32,000 nt of DNA from Promethearchaeum syntrophicum (GTDB lineage Archaea; Asgardarchaeota; Lokiarchaeia; Sigyniarchaeales; Promethearchaeaceae): positions 2,040,001 to 2,072,000 of the forward strand of contig NZ_CP042905.2 in the NCBI RefSeq assembly GCF_008000775.2, read 5' to 3'. Made by a program: the position numbers and the translations under genes. The notes under the pieces are model-generated. The model saw only the letters and a program-made list of their open reading frames with translations. It had not been told where the DNA came from and did no database searches. Position 1 is the stretch's first letter. Each line of letters starts with the position of its first letter. Below are positions 27,434-32,000 of this stretch, piece by piece.

Positions 27434-27530
27434 TTTTTTTTTCCATTTTTTAGGTTTTTTTTTTTAACTATAGGTTAGATTAATCTCGTATTACTAAAAT
27501 ATTTTATAATCCTACATAAATTATTTTGCT

Positions 27531-28535
27531 TTGAACGTAAAAATGTATCACAAATCATTCTCAGATAATCTTATTGATCAAATAAAACAAAAAAAATCAA
27601 TAATCTGCATTGGATTAGATCCTCGAATTGAAGAATCTGGTTCAAAAATTCCGCAGATTATTATGGAACGCGCAAAAAACAATTACAATGATGCAATATG
27701 GGAATTTAATAAGGAAATTATCGACCATACTTGTGAAATTACACCAATTTTTAAACCAAACATCGCATTCTATTCTAAATATAATGCGCTGGATGCCTTA
27801 AAAAAAACAATAGATTATATCCATGAAAAAAAAACTCTTGTTATACTTGATGCTAAACGTAATGATATCGGTTCCACTGCAGAAGCCTATGCTTATGCTA
27901 TTTTTGAGAATTTTAAAGCAGATGCGGTCACTTTTAATGGATATCTTGGTTCTGATGGGATTGCGCCATTTCTGAAATATGTTCCTAAAGGGAAAGGTGT
28001 GATTGTTTTACTTAAAACTTCAAATAAATCTAGTGGCGAATTTCAAGATTTGTTTTCAATATCTATTCCTGAAATTCCTCCAAGTGAAATAGAAACAACA
28101 ATAGAAAAAGGAATATTAATCCGTAATTATATTCAGATGGCCAGGTTGATAAAATTATGGGGAGAAAATCCAAAACTTGTGGGGGAAGGTAATTCTTATG
28201 GAACTTATGGTTATTCTAACATCTTAGGGGTTGTTGGCGCTACTTTTCCTGAGCAAATGAAATTGATTCGGAAAGAAATACCAAAGAATTTCATGCTAGT
28301 ACCTGGATATGGTGCACAAGGGGGAACAGCTAAGGATATAATCAACAGTGTCAATGAGGATGGATTTGGGGCCATAATCAGTGCATCTCGCTCGATTAAT
28401 TTTGCCTATCAGAAATCACCATACAAAGAAGAATTTGACGAAAATAAATTCGGTCCTGCGGCGGGAAAAGCGGCAAAAGACATGCGAGAAGCAATAAATA
28501 ATGCCTTAGAACAATCAGGAAAAATTGGATATTAA
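27531..28535 (+). CDS. pyrF: Orotidine 5'-phosphate decarboxylase, type-2-like (long form)
   Basis: 334 aa; IICIGLDPRI, KPNIAFYSKYNALDALKKTI, LVILDAKRNDIGSTAEAYA, FLVPGYGAQGG-like MLVPGYGAQGGTAKDI. TTG at 27531; ATG at 27543 probable. Confidence 0.92.
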   Translation: MNVKMYHKSFSDNLIDQIKQKKSIICIGLDPRIEESGSKIPQIIMERAKNNYNDAIWEFNKEIIDHTCEITPIFKPNIAFYSKYNALDALKKTIDYIHEKKTLVILDAKRNDIGSTAEAYAYAIFENFKADAVTFNGYLGSDGIAPFLKYVPKGKGVIVLLKTSNKSSGEFQDLFSISIPEIPPSEIETTIEKGILIRNYIQMARLIKLWGENPKLVGEGNSYGTYGYSNILGVVGATFPEQMKLIRKEIPKNFMLVPGYGAQGGTAKDIINSVNEDGFGAIISASRSINFAYQKSPYKEEFDENKFGPAAGKAAKDMREAINNALEQSGKIGY

Positions 28536-29365
28536 TTTAGGAATTTTTCTTCAAGAAAACGAGCAACTCCATCATCTAGATTACTTTGAATTATTTTAGT
28601 GGAGATTTTTTTTAATGAAGAAACGGCATTCTCAACCGCATATTTTTCATCCGCAATTTCAAACATCGGGATATCATTATTGGCATCCCCAAAACAAATT
28701 AAATTATGAAACTTTAATATATCTTTAAGATAGTTTAGAGCATTTTTCTTGTTTGCTGAGGGATGAGTAATTTCAAGTCGATAAAATCCAGGAGCATAAA
28801 TATCTTCTGAATAATGGATTCCATATTCTTCTTTCTTCATCAATTTTCGTGCAATGGGAAAAATCTCTGATTTTAAACCAAGAACATTAATCTCATGTAT
28901 TTTTATGTCTTTCCAAGGAAGTGTTTTGACCTTCTGGAATCGTGGATCGTTCCTTAAGAGTCGATCCTCTACATAAAATCTTTCAGCATCATTTGTTAAT
29001 TGGGTATAATAAACCTTATTTTCATTTCTCGAATTTATTCCATATAAAAACGGATTCAGATGATTATTATAAAAGATTTCTATAAGATTAGAAATAAGAT
29101 TATTATTAATAAATAAATGTCGTAAATACTTCTCTGAAATTGGGTCCCAAATAGATACACCGTTATGCAAGATGAATGGAATATTAATGTTTAAAGATTG
29201 AACAAGAGGTCTTGCTGATTCTAAGGCACGAGCAGTGGCAACAGAAAATAGATATCCTTTACCAATTAGGCGATTAATAATAGAAATCGTATAAGGATTC
29301 AACTCCCCTATTTCATTAAGTAAAGTTCCGTCTAAATCTGAAATAATTAGAGTTGAATTTTTCAT
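28532..29365 (-). CDS. HAD-superfamily (Cof/IIB-type) hydrolase
   Basis: 277 aa; IISDLDGTLLNEIG and FGDANNDIPMFEIADEKYAVENA. Confidence 0.9.
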   Translation of the reverse strand: MKNSTLIISDLDGTLLNEIGELNPYTISIINRLIGKGYLFSVATARALESARPLVQSLNINIPFILHNGVSIWDPISEKYLRHLFINNNLISNLIEIFYNNHLNPFLYGINSRNENKVYYTQLTNDAERFYVEDRLLRNDPRFQKVKTLPWKDIKIHEINVLGLKSEIFPIARKLMKKEEYGIHYSEDIYAPGFYRLEITHPSANKKNALNYLKDILKFHNLICFGDANNDIPMFEIADEKYAVENAVSSLKKISTKIIQSNLDDGVARFLEEKFLN

Positions 29366-29425
29366 AATTTAAAAAATAATAGAATAAAGAAAAAATTACT
29401 TAAATTAAAAAATCAAATTTCTAGT

Positions 29426-29983
29426 TCACAAAGCAGTCCAATATTGGCTTCTTCCAATTTTTTGTGTACGGATAACATGATTTGCTTCTTCTAATTGGCT
29501 CATCACACGCCAAATTTCGGAGCTAGTCATTTTGAAATACCGCCTTAATTCAGGTGTGCTTTTTTCCTGCTTTTGCAGTAGATTTACAACAATTCTTTTT
29601 ATTTCATGTTCATCTTGGGACTCCTGAGTTGGTTGTTTTTCTAATTGACGTTCTTCTTGTTCATCCATTTGCAAAATTAACCCGTCTGCAATATTACTTA
29701 ATTTATCGAGTTTCAATCCAACATTTTCTGGACGCATGAATAAGCAACATAATTCAAGACCTCGAGAAAAAGCTACAACATAAAAATCATGATACAAAAT
29801 AGCTAATGGTTGTAGTGTTTCATCTCCTCCTCTGAAACTTAAATAAAAGTTCATTAAGAAACTTTCCATGTCAAATCTAAAGTTTATTTTTTGAAACTCT
29901 TGATAGAATTTCAAAAATGGCCCCTCAACTAGATCGAAACCTATCATTCCCGCAGATAAAATACCCTTCTCATTAAAATCCAT
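29426..29983 (-). CDS. Two-domain protein: N-terminal longin/roadblock-like region plus C-terminal wHTH
   Basis: 185 aa; starts 2 nt after the GTPase stop; C-terminus IKRIVVNLLQKQEKSTPELRRYFKMTSSEIWRVMSQLEEANHVIRTQKIGRSQYWTAL is wHTH-like. Confidence 0.65.
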   Translation of the reverse strand: MDFNEKGILSAGMIGFDLVEGPFLKFYQEFQKINFRFDMESFLMNFYLSFRGGDETLQPLAILYHDFYVVAFSRGLELCCLFMRPENVGLKLDKLSNIADGLILQMDEQEERQLEKQPTQESQDEHEIKRIVVNLLQKQEKSTPELRRYFKMTSSEIWRVMSQLEEANHVIRTQKIGRSQYWTAL

Positions 29984-29985
29984 TT

Positions 29986-30519
29986 TTATTTTCCTTGCTC
30001 CGTTAGTATTTTTATTTTTTTTTGAGTATATCTCATTAAAGTCGAAATTAATTCAATCATCAACGCCTGGTTCTTTGGATCGATTGCAACCATAGGATAT
30101 GTTTTTATTTTTAATAGGTCTTCAACACGATCAGGGGTCATATGCCCTTTAAGATCTTGTTTGTTAGCTAGACACACAATTTCACATAGATCATCATCGA
30201 TTAGATTTCTTGCGTGATCGATAATTTCCATCGTCGAAAGAACATTTTTTGGAGTCGAATCAGTAACAATAAAGATCAAATCCGAACCATGGATATATTT
30301 ACTGAGTTGTTGTTTGATGAATGCTTTTTGACCTCCAAAGTCCCAGATCTTGAAAGGATTTATGTTTGGGTCGTTTAAAGTTGCCAAATTAAAACCCATT
30401 GTAGGATTATATCTTCCTGTGATTAATTGCCCACGGATCATTTTAGAGATAGTAGTTTTACCTGTAGCTGGTGCTCCGACAAGACTGATTTTTGCAAATT
30501 TTGCAAATTTTTGATCCAT
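29986..30519 (-). CDS. Arf-like small GTPase
   Basis: 177 aa; GAPATGKTTISK, IWDFGGQKAF, ANKQDLKG. Confidence 0.92.
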   Translation of the reverse strand: MDQKFAKFAKISLVGAPATGKTTISKMIRGQLITGRYNPTMGFNLATLNDPNINPFKIWDFGGQKAFIKQQLSKYIHGSDLIFIVTDSTPKNVLSTMEIIDHARNLIDDDLCEIVCLANKQDLKGHMTPDRVEDLLKIKTYPMVAIDPKNQALMIELISTLMRYTQKKIKILTEQGK

Positions 30520-30614
30520 AATTTTTAACTAGAGTTTACATTCTTTATATTGAGATATCATTGAGATAATATTGTGATAAGAAATAAAAAACAAACAAAC
30601 TGAGAATAACCTAA

Positions 30615-31391
30615 ATGCCGAAAGATATACTTGAATTGGTCCGTGATTTTAATTATTTAGTAAAAGATGCAATTTCTGGCCCAAATTGTATTGATCCTAA
30701 AGTGTGTCATGGAGATTGCTGCTTTATTCACATAGATATTCCAAGAATTTTAGCTCAACATTACATTGAAAAGGGTTGGGCAAGTAAAGAAGATTTCAAA
30801 CGAGGTTCAACTTTTAGCTTTGAAATTAATGTTGATTTAGACATATTAAAGTGTGTGTTCTTTTCCAAAGAGGTAAATGGTTGTTCTCTGCATATAACTG
30901 GAATGAAACCTCCACAGTGTTGGGTATATCCTACTGGTTTAGATCCTGATAAAGTAAATACATCATGTAAAAAAGCAGGTGGTTGGTTTATAAATGATTC
31001 TGTGAGTGTTAGGAACGCTAAAAATATTTTAAGTGATTATGTTTCAATGTGTCAAGCAGAAGCTATAGAAGAAAACTCTCCCGATAAGATAAATCGGAGA
31101 TTACAAGCATTATCTACAGAAAAATTTGATACCCTTACGCCAAGTAGTATTGCCGGAATTGAGGATGATTGGGATAGGTTCAAAATTTTGATAGGCGAGG
31201 GTTATAATTTAGGCGTACGATCTTTTTGTTCAAAAATTGATTGTGGGATTGAATATTTCGAGTGCCCTGTTGTGTGTGAACCTCTGAAGAAAAAATTACT
31301 AAAATTTCTTTCTGAGAAATTATCCCATTTTATTCAACAAAACGGGTTTAAATCTCAATATACATTCATGGAATTAAAAGGACAGAACTGA
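30615..31391 (+). CDS. Cys-rich protein, YkgJ-like putative metal/Fe-S binding
   Basis: 258 aa; CIDPKVCHGDCC, ILKCVFF, GCSLH, PPQCWVYP and later CSKIDCGIEYFECPVVCEP. Confidence 0.5.
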   Translation: MPKDILELVRDFNYLVKDAISGPNCIDPKVCHGDCCFIHIDIPRILAQHYIEKGWASKEDFKRGSTFSFEINVDLDILKCVFFSKEVNGCSLHITGMKPPQCWVYPTGLDPDKVNTSCKKAGGWFINDSVSVRNAKNILSDYVSMCQAEAIEENSPDKINRRLQALSTEKFDTLTPSSIAGIEDDWDRFKILIGEGYNLGVRSFCSKIDCGIEYFECPVVCEPLKKKLLKFLSEKLSHFIQQNGFKSQYTFMELKGQN

Positions 31392-31607
31392 AATTAATTA
31401 TAAATATGCCGATTTTTGTCGGATCCCACATTGAATAAAATCTTAATTATATTCCAGTCGGACCATCACGATGTTATATCGGATTATATATTATCATCAT
31501 TCTTTTTAACATAACCTTAAATAACTACAATCTTAAAGTTTATTAATGGGTAAATAATTTTTGCTCAAAGTCTACTTTTTGACATAGTTAGAAATGGGAT
31601 TAGGGTT

Positions 31608-31976
31608 TTGGACGTGCAAAAAAAAATGGAAAATGAATTAAGCTTAACCGAATTGACTAAAAAATTCTTCAGTCGAAAATATGAATATATTATTCCTGAA
31701 AATCCAATCAAAGGTAGATCAGGTCAAAAATGGAAATTCAATGCGTTCGTGATGTATGAGAATCAGAAGTACGGTGTGTTTATCCGAGAGTGGAATAGGA
31801 GTATAGGGGTTAACCAGATTCGACAATTGGAGAAAGCTTGTAGGGATACAAAATGTGCAGGTGGAATCATAGTTGGAGATACATTTTCGTGTAATGCAGA
31901 GATTTTTGGAGAGAATTTAGGTATTCAAGTAGTGGAAAGGAGCACCCTAGTCCAAAAAATGCAGAATGGAATATAG
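31608..31976 (+). CDS. Restriction-endonuclease-like (Mrr/PD-(D/E)XK fold) protein, possibly inactive
   Basis: 122 aa, TTG start (ATG at 31626); GRSGQKWKFNAFVMYENQKYGVFIREWNRSIGVNQIRQLEKACRDTKCAGGIIVGDTFSCNAEIFGENLGIQVVE matches the family layout, but the usual catalytic D and ExK are not seen. Confidence 0.55.
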   Translation: MDVQKKMENELSLTELTKKFFSRKYEYIIPENPIKGRSGQKWKFNAFVMYENQKYGVFIREWNRSIGVNQIRQLEKACRDTKCAGGIIVGDTFSCNAEIFGENLGIQVVERSTLVQKMQNGI

Positions 31977-32000
31977 AAATTCCATATTGATATTCCAAAT

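Noticed and set aside
31548-31585. 'gggtaaataatttttgctcaaagt' as a possible third copy of the 150-bp repeat
   Set aside because: Only a loose similarity to the gggttactttttgcaaagtaatc end; the downstream sequence does not continue the match.
1-32000. CRISPR arrays, rRNA, tRNA, transposases
   Set aside because: No regularly spaced repeats, no recognisable rRNA/tRNA segments and no transposase-like ORF found by eye. A tRNAscan/Infernal run would be needed to exclude small RNAs.

Overview
This is an AT-rich window, most likely archaeal and plausibly from an Asgard/Lokiarchaeia-like genome. That placement is an inference from three separate Ras/Arf/Rag-like small GTPase genes, frequent GTG/TTG starts and base composition; no rRNA is present to prove it. 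Recognisable content, left to right: a winged-helix (wHTH)/small-GTPase pair; a membrane zinc-finger/LRR protein; a HEAT-repeat protein; a kinase-less PAS-GAF-PAS protein; a GlcD/4-cresol-dehydrogenase-like flavoprotein with a CCG Fe-S partner; a sirtuin; a pirin. Next comes a compact 2-hydroxyacyl-CoA dehydratase / benzoyl-CoA reductase-like operon (activase plus two [4Fe-4S] subunits). It is bracketed by two paralogous 'CLCLCCGCCCEIL + 2x[4Fe-4S] ferredoxin' proteins. After that are two adjacent cassettes sharing the same left and right boundary sequences, a coiled-coil zinc ribbon protein, tandem membrane/left-handed beta-helix acyltransferase-like proteins, and a DUF433/DUF5615 toxin-antitoxin-like pair. 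The right part holds a D-2-hydroxyacid dehydrogenase, an RNA 2',3'-cyclic phosphodiesterase, a Rag/Arf-like GTPase with a C-terminal extension, PyrF, a HAD phosphatase, a second GTPase/wHTH pair, a Cys-rich protein and a degenerate restriction-endonuclease-like protein. The best candidates for something undescribed are (1) the dehydratase/reductase operon bracketed by the duplicated Fe-S proteins, (2) the recurrent small-GTPase + wHTH gene pairs, and (3) the mosaic tandem duplication at 15971-18836. No CRISPR array, rRNA, tRNA or transposase was seen by eye.
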